Part shown: piece after piece, positions 37,767-62,300 of the stretch
How positions within the stretch are numbered: position 1 is the stretch's first letter
Layout: each line of letters begins with the position of its first letter
Source: Oopsacas minuta
Lineage: Eukaryota; Animalia; Porifera
Direction: 5' to 3'
Assembly: GCA_024704765.1 (NCBI GenBank)
Contig: JAKMXF010000019.1
Location: 1-64,000, forward strand
DNA length: 64,000 bases
Notes under the pieces: model-generated
Database searches by the model: none
The model's input: the letters and a program-made list of their open reading frames with translations, nothing else
What the model was told of the DNA's origin: nothing
Translations under genes and position numbers: made by a program

Positions 37767-39426
37767 ATGGCAGAGAAGTTAACAGACTCAGAAGGGAGAG
37801 AGGACTTGGTCTACATAAAGACAGAGGATGGTAGCTACAGAGGCTGGAGGGTTGATTTGTTGATTAACAGGTTATCAAGCAAAATGGAAGAGAAATTATT
37901 GTTATGTAGCAGTTGTAAAGGAATGTTAAGAGATGCTTGTCTCTATGAGGGAAATTTGAGGTGTGGTGTGTGCATTCCTGAGGGTATAGCATGGCAACCA
38001 GTGAAGATGAATCGTGAAATAGTCTCCGATAAAATGGTAGTTTATTTGTTGTTATTTACAAATGTTTGTTTGTGTTTACAGATGAATTATTTATTTGTAG
38101 ATTAGTTGTCCCCTAAAGAAGAGAGGGTGTGAATGGAGTGACACAGTGAGTACAGCAATACACCACCTGGAAGAATGTGAGTTCTTTCCTGTACTGTGTC
38201 CTCTGGGGTGTGTCTGTCTGGAAGGAGAGATGAAGGGGAAAGTTATGAAGCTGGAGAAGAGACGGATTCCAGAACATCAGAGAGACTCATGTCCCTTAAG
38301 AGAACTGGTGTGTGAATTCTGTCTGAATAAAGTGAAGGCCTGTGAGATGAATCCTCATTTGGAGGACTGTGAGCACTTTCCAGTTCCTTGTCCTAATAGG
38401 TGTGTGATAGAAGGAGAGGAAGGGACCAGACAAGTTAAGAGAAGAGATGTTCCTGCCCATCTATCTAATGATTGTCCTCTACAAAAAGAAGAGTGTCCTT
38501 ATTGGGTCTATGGGTGTAGAGAGGAAATAGAGAGGAAAGAGATGGATCTTCATGAAAGAGAATTCATGCACATTCACTACAGATTATCTATGACTGATAT
38601 GAAACAGAAACAAGATGAAACATCTGAACTATTGCAAGACAAACTTGATACAGCAACCGAGAGAATAGCATTCATAGAAAATGAAAATGAAAGTAAGAGC
38701 AAAGAGCTATTAACATTGAAACAGAATCAAATAGAAACGAATGATCAACTGGATAGAGCAACTAAGAAGATTGCTTTCCTACAAAATGAAAATGAAAGTA
38801 AGAGCAAAGAGCTATTGACATTGAAACAGAATCAAATTGAAACATCTGAAGATAATAGACTACTGGCAGAGAAACTGGAAAAAGCAAATACCAAAATCGA
38901 GAATTTAGAGAAACAGATTACTGAGAAGGATTCAGAACTGAAATCAATTAAAGAAGTACTCTATTCTCATACATCTCTACCTACAGGACAATTGGAATGG
39001 AAGATTAAAGGTGTAAAACAGAAGATACAAAATAAAGAGTCTACTTACAGTGATCCATTCTATGTAGGATTATACAAGTGTCAGGGCTGTATTATATGGA
39101 ATTGTTTGAATAAAGGTAAAGTAGGTGTTTACATTTATATTATGAAAGGAGGTTATGATGATAAACTACACTGGCCTATCAGATACAAATATACGTTAAT
39201 TATACTCAATCACATTAACAGTAATAATAATTATGAAATCACTAATCAAGTAACTAAGGAATATTTGGAGAAATATCCTGATTGCTTCAAGAGACCTACT
39301 CAGATGAGAAATATAAGTTTTGGAACTCATTCATTCATTTCAAACACTGAAATATTAGAAGCTAAATATTGTAAAGAAGACAGCATAACTCTTCTAATTA
39401 AAATAGAATTGTTACCAGCATTATAA
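37767..39426 (+). CDS. TRAF-like protein, copy 2 (531 aa)
   Basis: Exons 37767-38036 and 38101-39426; TRAF zinc fingers (HLEECEFFPVLCPLGC, CPLRELVCEFC, CPYWVYGC), coiled coil, complete MATH domain. Confidence 0.93.
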
Positions 39427-39810
39427 CTTTATTTGTATTTTTGTTTACTTATTATTCTTATTTATCTTCAATGTTTATCAGAACAAGAGTTTATTTGTAT
39501 TTTATAGATTGTATTGTTATGAATAATTATTTACTAACAACTTTTAGCTTTTGTATGATAATAGACTAGGAGATGGAGCTGTTATAATGTGATATATCCT
39601 CTGTTGATGTTCCCTTGCCAATCCAAATCAGTTTCCAGTTTCCAATAGGTGTTAGAATACGCATGAATCACTACATAACTTATACATCCAATTAACCAAT
39701 ACTTGGAATATATCAGTCAGAGCTGAGATTAGTTAACCGAATTATTTGGGTGTTTAAATCTTTCTAAAATATCAGTTAACAGCTGTAATTATTCCTAAAT
39801 ATTATCAATT

Positions 39811-40057
39811 GTCAAGTAGAGATCCCAGGGTTTTTGAACCGTGACGAATGGCCCCTTCAAGTCCTGACTCAAATCCTTGTGATTATTATTTATAGGGAAG
39901 GCTAGAGACACTAGTAAACAATAGATTCCACAACAACAGTATTCCAGCAGTAAAACGATCGTTAAAGTGAATTAGATCAGGATGAGGTCGCTCGGGCATG
40001 CAAATGTTTTCTCTCCAGACTTATAGATTGTCTGAAGGCCGGAAGGAATAGATTTGA
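39811..40057 (+). mobile_element. Degraded IS630-Tc1-mariner transposase 3' fragment
   Basis: Paralog of 42478-42747 with indels and a stop codon. Confidence 0.75.
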
Positions 40058-40632
40058 AAACAAGTAGAGCCAATATATTTTCGTATATGATAGTTAGACA
40101 TAATAGCATTTTCTTAACAAAATATGAGTCTAGAATTACATTGAAATTTTGTTGCAGAACTTTTGAGGCATCCTGTACTTTGCTTGTCTAGTAAAATGTA
40201 TGTCTTACTTGCTTATAATTGTTTGGTATGTATTTAGTCGGTAAGATTAACAAATTTGTAATAATTCAATTGATTTGTTACTGAATTCAGTATTCATCAC
40301 ACCTCTTACTCTTAAACTGTTACAATATATTCACTAATCTGGCTCATTCGTATTTTGGATCATTCCAGCTCCTACAGCCCAATCTTAAATATGGAATATC
40401 CAATTTCTTAACGACACAATTCGATGTGTCTGTTATACGAACATTCTATGTACTGTCTGACGATGTCCGTATACTCAGCATCCAGTGTATTAGTATTAGT
40501 ATATCAGCTGTTAATTAGTAATTAGCAGAACAAGATTCTTGTTTGTAACTGATAGCTATAGTATGTACATGTTATATATATTAAGAATTAAGCTAATCAT
40601 TCCTACTCAGTATTTGATTTGTATATTGTATA

Positions 40633-42163
40633 ATGGCAGAGAAGATAACAGACTCAGAAGGGAGAGAGGACTTGGTCTACATAAAGACAGAGGATGGTAG
40701 CTACAGAGGATGGAGGGTTGATTTGTTGATAGACCCCTTATCAAGCAAAATGGAAGAGAAATTCTTGTTATGTAGCAGTTGTAAAGGAATGTTGAGAGAT
40801 GCTTGTTTCTATGAAGAAGGATTGAGGTGTGGTGTGTGCATTCCTGAGGGTGTAGCATGGCAACCAGTGAAGATGAATCGTGAAATAGTCTCCGATAAAA
40901 TGGTAGTTTATTTGTTGTTATTTACAAGTGTTTGTTTGTGTTTACAGATGAATTATTTATTTGTAGATTAGTTGTCCCCTAAGGAAGAGAGGATGTGAAT
41001 GGAGTGACACAGTGAGTACAGCAATACACCACCTGGAAGAATGTGAGTTCTTTCCTGTACTGTGTCCTCTGGGGTGTGTCTGTCTGGAAGGAGAGATGAA
41101 GGGGAAAGTTATGAAGCTGGAGAAGAGACGGATTCCAGAACATCAGAGAGACTCATGTCCCTTAAGAGAACTGGTGTGTGAATTCTGTCTGAATAAAGTG
41201 AAGGCCTGTGAGATGAATCCTCATTTGGAAGTCTGTGAGCACTTTCCAGTTCCTTGTCCTAATAGATGTGTGATAGAAGGAGAGGAAGGGACCAGACAAG
41301 TTAAGAGAAGAGATGTTCCTGCCCATCTATCTAATGAATGTCCTCTACAAAAAGAAGAGTGTCCTTATTGGGTCTATGGGTGTAGAGAGGAAATAGAGAG
41401 GAAAGAGATGGATCTTCATGAAAGAGAATTCATGCATATTCACTACAGATTATCAATGACTGATATCAAACTGAAACAAATTGAATCATCCAAAGATCAT
41501 AAACTTCTCGAAGACAAACTTGATACAGCAACCGAGAGAATAGCATTCGTAGAAAATGAAAATTTAATTTTGACCAAAAAGCTATCAAAAGTTAAACACA
41601 TAGAAGAGAACCTGGATACAGCAAATACCAAAATCGTGAATTTAGAGAAACAAATTTCTGGGAAGGATTCAGAACTGAAATCAATGAAAGAAGTCCTCTA
41701 TTCTTATACACTTTTACCTACAGGACAATTGGAATGGAAGATTGAAGGTGTTAAACAGAAGATAGAAAACAAAGAGTATACTTACAGTGATCCATTCTAT
41801 GTAGGATTATACAAGTGTCAGGGGAATATTCAATGGAATTATGTTAATACAGGTAAAGTAGGTGTTTTCATTTATATTATGAAAGGAGGTTATGATGATA
41901 AACTACACTGGCCTATCAGATACAAATATACGTTTATTCTACTCAATCACATTAACAGTAATAATAATTATGAATACACTAATCAAGTAACTAAGGAAGA
42001 TTTGGAGAAATATCCTGAATGCTTCAAGAGACCTACTCAGATGGGCAATAGAAGTTTTGGAATTGCTTCATTCATTTCAAACACTGAAATATTAGAAGCT
42101 AAATATTGTAAAGAAGACAGCATAACTCTTCTAATTAAAATAGAATTGTTACCATTTTTCTGA
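40633..42163 (+). CDS. TRAF-like protein, copy 3 (488 aa)
   Basis: Exons 40633-40902 and 40967-42163; same architecture with a shorter coiled coil. Confidence 0.93.
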
Positions 42164-42477
42164 CTTTATTTGTATTTTATAGATTGTATTGTTATGAATA
42201 ATTATTTACTAACAACTTTTAGCTTTTGTATGATAATAGACTAGGAGATGGAGCTGTTATAATGTGATATATCCTCTGTTGATGTTTCATTGCCAAACGA
42301 AATCAGTTTCCAATAGGTGTTAGAATACGCATGAATCACTACATAACTTGTACATCCAATTAATCAATACTTGGAATATATCAGTCAGGACTGAGATTAA
42401 TTAACCGAATTATTTGGGTGTTTAACACCTTTCTAAAATATCAGTTAACAGCTGTGATTATTCCTAAATATGATCAA

Positions 42478-42747
42478 TTGTCAAGTAAAGATCCCAGGGT
42501 TTTCAACCGTGACGAATGGCCCCCTTCAAGTCCTGACTCAAACCCTTGTGATTATTATTTGTGGGGAAGGCTAGAGACACTAGTAAACAATAGATTCCAC
42601 ATCAACAGTATTCCAGCAATAAAACGAGCGTTAAAGAAGGCTTGGTGTGAATTAGATCAGGATGAGGTCGCTAGGGCCTGCAAATGTTTTCTCTGCAGAC
42701 TTATAGATTGTCTGAAGGCCGGAGGGAATAGATATGAAAACAAGTAG
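42478..42747 (+). mobile_element. IS630-Tc1-mariner transposase C-terminal fragment (SPDxNPxD type)
   Basis: Translation EWPPSSPDSNPCDYYLWGRLE...KKAWCEL...RLIDCLKAGG..YE matches the C-terminal part of the DDD catalytic domain; the rest of the transposase is absent. Confidence 0.85.
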
Positions 42748-43182
42748 AGCCAAAATCTTTTCGTATATGATAGTTAGACATAATAGCATTTTCTTAACAA
42801 AATATTAGTCTAGAGTTACATAAGAATTTTGTTGCATTACTTTTGAGGCATCCTGTACTTTGCTTGTCTAGTAAAATGTATGTCTGAGTTGCTTATAATT
42901 GTTTTGGTATGTATTTAGTCGGTAAGATTCACAAGTTTGTAATAATTCAATTGATTTGTTACTGAATTCAGTATTTATCAAACCTCTTACTCTTAAACTG
43001 TTACAATATATTCACTAATCTGGCTCATTCGTATTTTGGATCATTCCAGCTCCTACAGCCCAATCTTAAATATGGAATATCCAATTTCTTAACGACACAA
43101 TTCGATTTGTCTGTTATACGAACATTCTATGGAATGTCTGATGATGTCCGTATACTCAGCATCCAGTGTATTAGTATTAGTG

Positions 43183-43432
43183 CACTCCCTGGCCAAAAGT
43201 ATTGGAACACCATACCACTAATGACACATGTGGCATATGGAACTTTGTGAAAATATATGCATTGAATAGTCTGTGGATATATCAGAAAAGGCGATTGTAA
43301 TGATAAAATGAATGATAGAATTAAGTTCACAAATGTTTGAAACTATCTTCAGCCTATACAACTAAAGCAAATGCATATTTGTGCCAAGTGTCAATTGTGG
43401 CCGAGTGTTCCAATACTTTTGGCCAGGGAGTG
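43183..43432. mobile_element. 250-bp MITE family A, copy 2, upstream of TRAF copy 4
   Basis: Reverse complement of 25617-25866; the equivalent sites upstream of copies 1-3 are empty (attagTAtatcag). Confidence 0.92.
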
Positions 43433-43565
43433 TATATCAGCTGTTACTTAGTAATTAGCAGAACAAGATTCTTGTTTGTAACTGATAGCTATAGTATGTA
43501 CATGTTCTATATATTAAGAATTAAGCTAATCATTCCTACTCAGTATTTGATTTGTATATTGTATA

Positions 43566-45225
43566 ATGGCAGAGAAGATAACAGACTCAGAAGGGAGAGA
43601 GGACTTGGTCTACATAAAGACAGAGGATGGTAGCTACAGGGGATGGAGGGTTGATTTGTTGATAGACAAGTTATCAAGCAAAATGGAAGAGAAATTCTTG
43701 TTATGTAGCAGTTGTAAAGGAATGTTAAGAGATGCTTGTCTCTATGAAGGAAATTTGAGGTGTGGTGTGTGCATTCCTGAGGGTGTAGCATGGCAACCAG
43801 TGAAGATGAATCGTGAAATAGTCTCCGATAAAATGGTAGTTTATTTGTTGTTATTTACAAGTGTTTGTTTGTGTTTACAGATGAATTATTTATTTGTAGA
43901 TTAGTTGTCCCCTAAGGAAGAGAGGGTGTGTATGGAGTGACACAGTGAGTAAAGCAATACACCACCTGGAAGAATGTGAGTTCTTTCCTGTACTGTGTCC
44001 TCTGGGGTGTGTCTGTCTGGAAGGAGAGATGAAGGGGAAAGTTATGAAGCTGGAGAAGAGACGGATTGCAGAACATCAGAGAGACTCATGTCCCTTAAGA
44101 GAACTGGTGTGTGACTTCTGTCTGAATAAAGTGAAGGCCTGTGAGATGAATCCTCATTTGGAGGACTGTGAGCACTTTCCAGTTCCTTGTCCTAATGAAT
44201 GTGTGATAGAAGGAGAGGAAGGTACCAGACAAGTTAAGAGAAGAGATGTTCCTGCCCATCTATCTAATGAATGTCCTCTACAAAAAGAAGAGTGTCCTTA
44301 TTGGGTCTATGGGTGTAGAGAGGAAATAGAGAGGAAAGAGATGGATCTTCATGAAAGAGAATTCATGCACATTCACTACAGATTATCTATGACTGATATG
44401 AAACAGAAACAAGATGAAACATCTGAACTATTGCAAGGCAAACTTGATACAGCAACCGAGAGAATAGCATTCATAGAAAATGAAAATGAAAGTAAGAGCA
44501 AAGAGCTATTAACATTGAAACAGAATCAAATTGAAACGAATGATCAACTGGATAGAGCAACTAAGAAGATTGCTTTCCTACAAAATGAAAATGAAAGTAA
44601 GAGCAAAGAGCTATTGACATTGAAACAGAATCAAATTGAAACATCTGAAGATAATAGACTACTGGCAGAGAAACTGGAAAAAGCAAATACCAAAATCGTG
44701 AATTTAGAGAAACAAATTTCTGGGAAGGATTCAGAACTGAAATCAATGAAAGAAGTCCTCTATTCTCATACATCTCTACCTACAGGACAATTGGAATGGA
44801 AGATTGAAGGTGTTAAACAGAAGATAGAGAACGAAGAGGATACTTACAGTGATCTATTCTATGTAGGATTATACAAGTGTCAAGGGTATATTCAATGGAA
44901 TTGTTTGGATACAGATGAAGTAGGTATTTTCATTTATATTATGAAAGGAGATTATGATGATAAACTACACTGGCCTATCAGATACAAATATACGTTAATT
45001 CTACTCAATCACATTAACAGTAATAATAATTATGAAATCACTGGTCATGTAACTAAGGAAGGTTTGGAGAAATATCCCGATATCTTCAAGAGACCTACTC
45101 AGCTGAGAAATAGAGGTTTTGGAATTCATTCATCCATTTCAAACACTAAAATATTAAAAGCTAAATATTGTAAAGAAGACAGCATAACTCTTCTAATTAA
45201 AATAGAATTGTTACCATTTTTCTGA
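43566..45225 (+). CDS. TRAF-like protein, copy 4 (531 aa)
   Basis: Exons 43566-43835 and 43900-45225; open through the MATH domain. Confidence 0.93.
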
Positions 45226-45935
45226 TCTTATTTGTATTTTTGTTTACTTATTATTCTTATTTATCTTTCACTCAATGTTTATCAGAACAAGAGTTTATTT
45301 GTATTTTATAGATTGTATTGTTATGAATAACTATTTACTAACAACTTTTAGCTTTTGTATGATAATAGACTAGGAGATGGAGCTGTTATAATGTGACAGT
45401 CTCAGCTTACACATATTGGGTAAGCCCTCAAATCTGAAGTCGACACATTAGGAAGAGGTGGTCCGATTATCTAGCACACTCAGGGGGGGGTGCAAATGCC
45501 CCCTTGGCTTTGTCACCTCCTTCCCTCCTAGACCACCACTTGCTGCGAGATGCTTTATTAAAACCACAGATATAATAGACTCAAATATGTAATATGAAAG
45601 ATCAGTAATTTAATTATCCGTAGATAGCACAACAAGCTACATACAGGAGTATATATAGAAATCTTACAAAGTTAATATTAGCTAATGACTACAGAGTGTC
45701 TAATAACGTGTGTGTAAAAGCGCGTGTTACTATAAATGGATAAGATACAGGGATAAATGGGGCATTGCATCTTTATGACGTCACTGGTTTATTGCTTCTT
45801 GAATTCTATAAGAAAGAGAGTTTGGTTAACACAGGGGGCCTAGATAAACCTTTGAAGGGGTCCACGGATGAAAAGGTTGGAAACCGCTGTGTTAATGCAT
45901 AGCTATGCAGTCGAATAGTAGCCGGGGTGATTATT

Positions 45936-46060
45936 CATATTTTAGCACCCTTGGACTGGGAACATAATATATACATGAATATATTCACCAACTCCCCTAA
46001 TGTGCTTCTGTAAGGTGTTATATCCCAGTTTCCATGGTTACCTCGTTGGTATTTAGCTAC
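45936..46060 (+). repeat. Dispersed repeat, copy 2 (copy 1 at 24357-24519)
   Basis: Aligned by eye; this copy lacks an internal block of about 40 bp. Confidence 0.8.
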
Positions 46061-46144
46061 TATTCGAGAGGCTTTATACGTATGATTAAACATATTTTGA
46101 CACATTTTTAGGTGTCAAAATACAGATTTATGATACTAACCTTG

Positions 46145-57425
<11,281 letters not shown>

Positions 57426-57736
57426 CGAAGCTTTGTGGAGAAGTTATCAAATATGAAACCAAAATATAATAGTTCAGAGAGGGGTACTCGGTAAATTGGT
57501 TAGCTAATACCCATATTTCGGGTCCCTGGGAGAACATTCCCCTCTTGACAGCCCGTAAACATTCACTAAAGGAGTGTATCACGTCCCGGATTAAAGTAAT
57601 CGACGAATATCACAATTCCCCTTCAATGGAGGCATTTTACTATCAGGATAAGACATCCTTGGAAGAATAACGTCGAAAATGTGTGTACAGAATCCCCGTG
57701 TTCTTATATCCTGCATCTCCTGTAGTTTATACATTA

Positions 57737-57794
57737 GATGTCGGTTATAAGAACACTAAGTCCAGTTGCCGACGGTGTTCTTATAACCGACATC
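57737..57794. mobile_element. Perfect 20-bp inverted repeat of the ggttataagaac MITE family
   Basis: gatgtcggttataagaacac / gtgttcttataaccgacatc with an 18-nt loop; relatives at about 6172, 6527, 16040-16110 and 50470-50500. Confidence 0.7.
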
Positions 57795-59344
57795 CACTGA
57801 ATTCTAACTATAAGCTCTTTAGCGTAAAATTGCTATTTTGTATAGAAAACCATTTGTAATTATGGAATGTAATAGGCTGGTTATAAACACCTCAAGGTTT
57901 AGAGAGAAAGGCATAGCACAATCTTTCTCATAATTGAGCGGGAAAGTGTCGCGAGGCCGGTATCTATCCATTAGGAAATATAATTAGATCTAGCATATTC
58001 GTGTTGAGTTCACAGCGGGACAATTACTCACAAACTTCCAGAAGAAGCATGACTATATGGGAAATGTTAGGCTTTTGTTCTCTTAAATAAATGAGGGAAA
58101 CAATTGTATAATTAGCATAGGAATGAAGGGAAACAGTTACAATATCTGAGATTCAATAGTCTAGTGCTTTATAAGGCTGTAAGAAGAAGCATACAATAAC
58201 AACATATAACGAGCTAGACTAGATATACCACAAGGAAACATGGCGACAATGAGAGTGTCTTTTGTTTATAAACCATGGATATCACAAGTTATTGAGATGT
58301 TGAATTTGAGGCTTTATGAGTAAATAAGATCCTCAACGAAGCTTAGAGGTTTTTATGCGGAGAATAAAATGAAAATTTGTAGTAGCGTAGTTGCATACAT
58401 GCAAAACTCTAGAGATCAGTAATTCACAACGCATAGGGAGTTATGCATTAAGTTATAATTCAACAAATAGCTTATACAAAGCTCAGCTAATACTGTAGTA
58501 CAGTTTTTGTGTATTAGCTTTTCTATCTTCTAGGAAAGGTCATTTTCGGAATAATGAAAAGTCACCTTTCCAAATGAGGGTATGGTGTTTTTGTATTGCA
58601 AAAAAACTGTACTATACTAGAGCTTAGCTAAGCTATAAGGAATCTCATAATTCAAAGCTCAAGGGGCAACGTAAGAAATGTATGTTTTGACTTTGAGTCA
58701 AGAAATTTGACTATAAGTACATGTACGTACTATTGGAGGGGGTTTTGGTATAAAGTGAGACCTGAGCCTGCGTTGTGCAATCTTTTACCTTATATGATAT
58801 CATTAGCTGAAGTCTCCTCCGGAGGACACGAATATACGCTGGAACAACATCCAAGGCAAATTCACACAAGAACTAAAATAGTGTGTTAAGACAAGTGACT
58901 GATATACGTTGGAAGTAGCTAACCATCAATTACTGCAAATATTGTGTCTCAATAACATTGGATTTTATTTATTCAAATGAGATTCCTTTCGTTTCGATTT
59001 GAACAAAGAAAACATGAATAATTGCTTACAATACTAATTCTACTGATAATGTATTTATGTCTACAAGTTATTATCTCATAATTACGATAAATAAACAAAT
59101 CATTAGCAGTTTAAATAAACAAATATATTTCTATATTTATGATTAATACAATCAATAAACACAGCAGAATCTGTTTAATGACAGATTAGACATTTCCCTG
59201 AGAGTTTAATTATTTTGTTATATTATTAATAATACAAATAACAGCTAAGTAATATTTACAGAATTCTTATAATCATAGCAATGCTATGAATGAGCAAATA
59301 AGTATACAAACACTAAATATCTTTTCAAGTTATATACTATACTT

Positions 59345-62300
59345 TTACAACTGTCCACCCCTCTCGATCTCATCCTTGTACGTCTGAACGAATGACACCA
59401 CAGCTTTGTTGGGCCTGAGGTCCTTCTCATCTAGCTCCTTATAGGAGTATGGGTCATAATTCTTACCGGTCCTCAGGTGCTCTAGAATGGCCTCCTTCTC
59501 GTATGTCTCCCCATCTGGGGTAATTACTGGGTCAACGAATAGATCAAGGGTCAAGGGACACACTAGGTGCTTAGGGTAATTAACTTGTACCTCTTGGTCA
59601 CTCCCTAGTAAGTCAATACGTACATCTCTCTTGGTCCTAACACGTGCATTAATATCTGCATGGTCAAATGCCTTTTGAAGGTACATGTCTCTATGACACC
59701 TCAGCTCTGTAGCTTTCACACTATCTAGCGGATCATCAGGCTCCGCATCTATCAGTAATCCGTACACGTGGTTGAAGATATCTCCTATCCTGACACCTGG
59801 TGCATAGAACCTATCAAGAATAGTATGACATATTCTACCAGCACTGTTTATATTACAGTGATATATAGGAGTAATGAATCTTATGTTTGGAGGCTTGGAT
59901 GGGTAATCATCTTTGAATTCTACAAACAGCTCAAAGGTTGCTTCCTTATAAGGAGTGCCATCCGGACCGGACATGATGATCCTCCAGAAGTCTACGCTCT
60001 CCTCACAGGGGAACACTTCAAATGCTGGATGTGGATGAAGATTGATAGTAGGAGAGCTCTTGGAGAATTCTTTTCGTAAAATCTGTGTTTATATTGCAAG
60101 CTAGGTGTTTATTGATGAGTGCACGTGCTAAACATTTCTGAGCTGTTTGTACGGGTAAGTTTAATTTATCAGGGAGTATGTGATCCAATTGGGTATCAAT
60201 AGGTTCTGCTGCCTGAGCTTCAAGGTTGATATCCTCTCCTGTCACATAAGCAGGTATACAATTAAGACGACTGTTCATTGATAGCATAGGTTCTTCTTCA
60301 AATATGTTAAGGAGTTCTTTCGTGTCTGTTGGTTTGAAGGAGTATCCTCCTGTAGCTTTCGCTATAGCATGGGTATCTACTACTTCTTCACATAGAAGGA
60401 CACAGTCCATCGTCACTTGGCTATCAATTAGCAGCTGAGCAGCCTCATCAGCTGTTACAGTGGAGTTGTTATCATAACCATCTGTTAGACACAAGATCCT
60501 CTTTGAAACGTCATGTAACTCAGGGTGTCGTGACACGAATTTATTCATTCTTTGTACTGCGAAACGTATCGCGTTATAGACAGATGTACTGTTACCAGGC
60601 GGGAATGAAGTGAATTCGCTGTTGAAGGCTCTAAAATTTTCTGATATGGGATATTGTAGTTTAGAATCTGTAGCGAATAAAGTTAATCCAATCACGTGTT
60701 TCAGATCGTAAGCAGTAGTCCTATTGCAAAATGCTTCAAAAGCCTCCACAACAGAATGGAACTTAGCTTTCCCGTCGAGATAAGGGAAGGTCATTGAACC
60801 GCTGACATCTAGCACCACCATAATGATCTCCACGGGATCTCGGGTGATACCCTCCATCCCATGACTCATAACATTTGTCAAGGTTTTCAACTTCCTGAAA
60901 CAGACTGGAGGATTTTCTTTGATCTGTCTATCCATGTCATCAGCGTCGAATAAGATAGATACCCCTGTTGTCACCTGGAAGTATACATGTGGTTTGTTTG
61001 GGTCTTTAGATGTGTCGATGTAAACACCGATATGACCATCATCTGTTGTTATCATTGTTGATTTCCTGCATTGTGGCGCCTTCACATTTAGGGGTGCTTG
61101 TACACATAATACGGAGTACTTGTCGGTTTTCCTTTCAAGGTTTTTCCATTCTCCGGTGAGGTCTATCCCACAGGTAGGAGCAGCTGTACATCTCCAGACA
61201 ACAGCCTCGTCAGTAATAAATGATTTTACCATACGTTTATAGTTGTAGAGATATTGTATCATTGTTAGCTCTGTTGATTCATTAAGTATAGATTTCTCTA
61301 CGTAATGATCCATCCCGTTATTATCACGGACCTTTACTGGATCTGTCATACGCTGATGGGTCTCTGAGCAGGTTAGAGGGTATTTGTCGTACTTTTCTGT
61401 GTTCTGGTGGCCTGGTTTCGCGTGGTCTATGAAGTATACCCAAAAATAGTTTGAATATTCCGTTACCTGACTCGTTTCTATGGTTACCGTTCCAGGCATA
61501 TGCAATTTAGGGGTTTTAGGTTTGATAACTTTGAAAATTTGTACTAAACATTCCTGTATAGCAACACGATGAGGAAGAGATAGGGCCTCCCTCGTGAAGA
61601 GGAGATGGAGGGAATGAATCAATGGGGGACACCCTGTGATACCCCTGAGGTGTCCTAAGGTGTTAAAAGGTATACCATTCCTGACCTGTTCTTGTTCCAC
61701 CATCCAATCAGATAGCGCGTAAAGACAACTGAAGAAGAAAGAGGCCCCGTATGAACTCTGTTCCTTGTACCATGTTGGTTTGCATTCAGAAATATTAAAA
61801 TTCTTATCTTTTCCCAAACTCCAAAAGTGTTTATTTGGTCTTATCTCTAGCGCCACTTGGTTACCAATATTTAAGTCACTCAGAACCACATCATTAGAAG
61901 AATACACTAGCGTATCGTCTCGATACAATTGTATCAAATGTCCCGGTATGCCAGTCATGTCCTGTATCCGTTTAATCAGCTGATAATACGTTGCTATGCT
62001 ACAGTCCGTTTGTATACCTCTTGGTTCTAATCCACATTCCTTATTCCTAATTAGAATAGTATCATTCCCTCTACACAATGTATCTGCCTGTGTGTACCTT
62101 GCTATCTTATCACTATAGCATATTAACCTAGGGATAGCATAGACCATTGGAATGTCTGGGTATTCCTCCAAGCACCAATCAGATAGCTTGCTGATATAAG
62201 ATATAGGCCTTGTTGCTAATGGATACCCCTCACATGTGTATAGTTCTACGGTCAAATCGTCCCCTAACTCATTATGCTCCTGCATGCAGATACGGTTAAC

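Noticed and set aside
34640-45225. CRISPR-like or prokaryotic repeat system, rRNA or tRNA genes
   Set aside because: The repeats are whole-gene duplications with spliceosomal introns; no repeat-spacer array or tRNA/rRNA signature was seen anywhere in the window.
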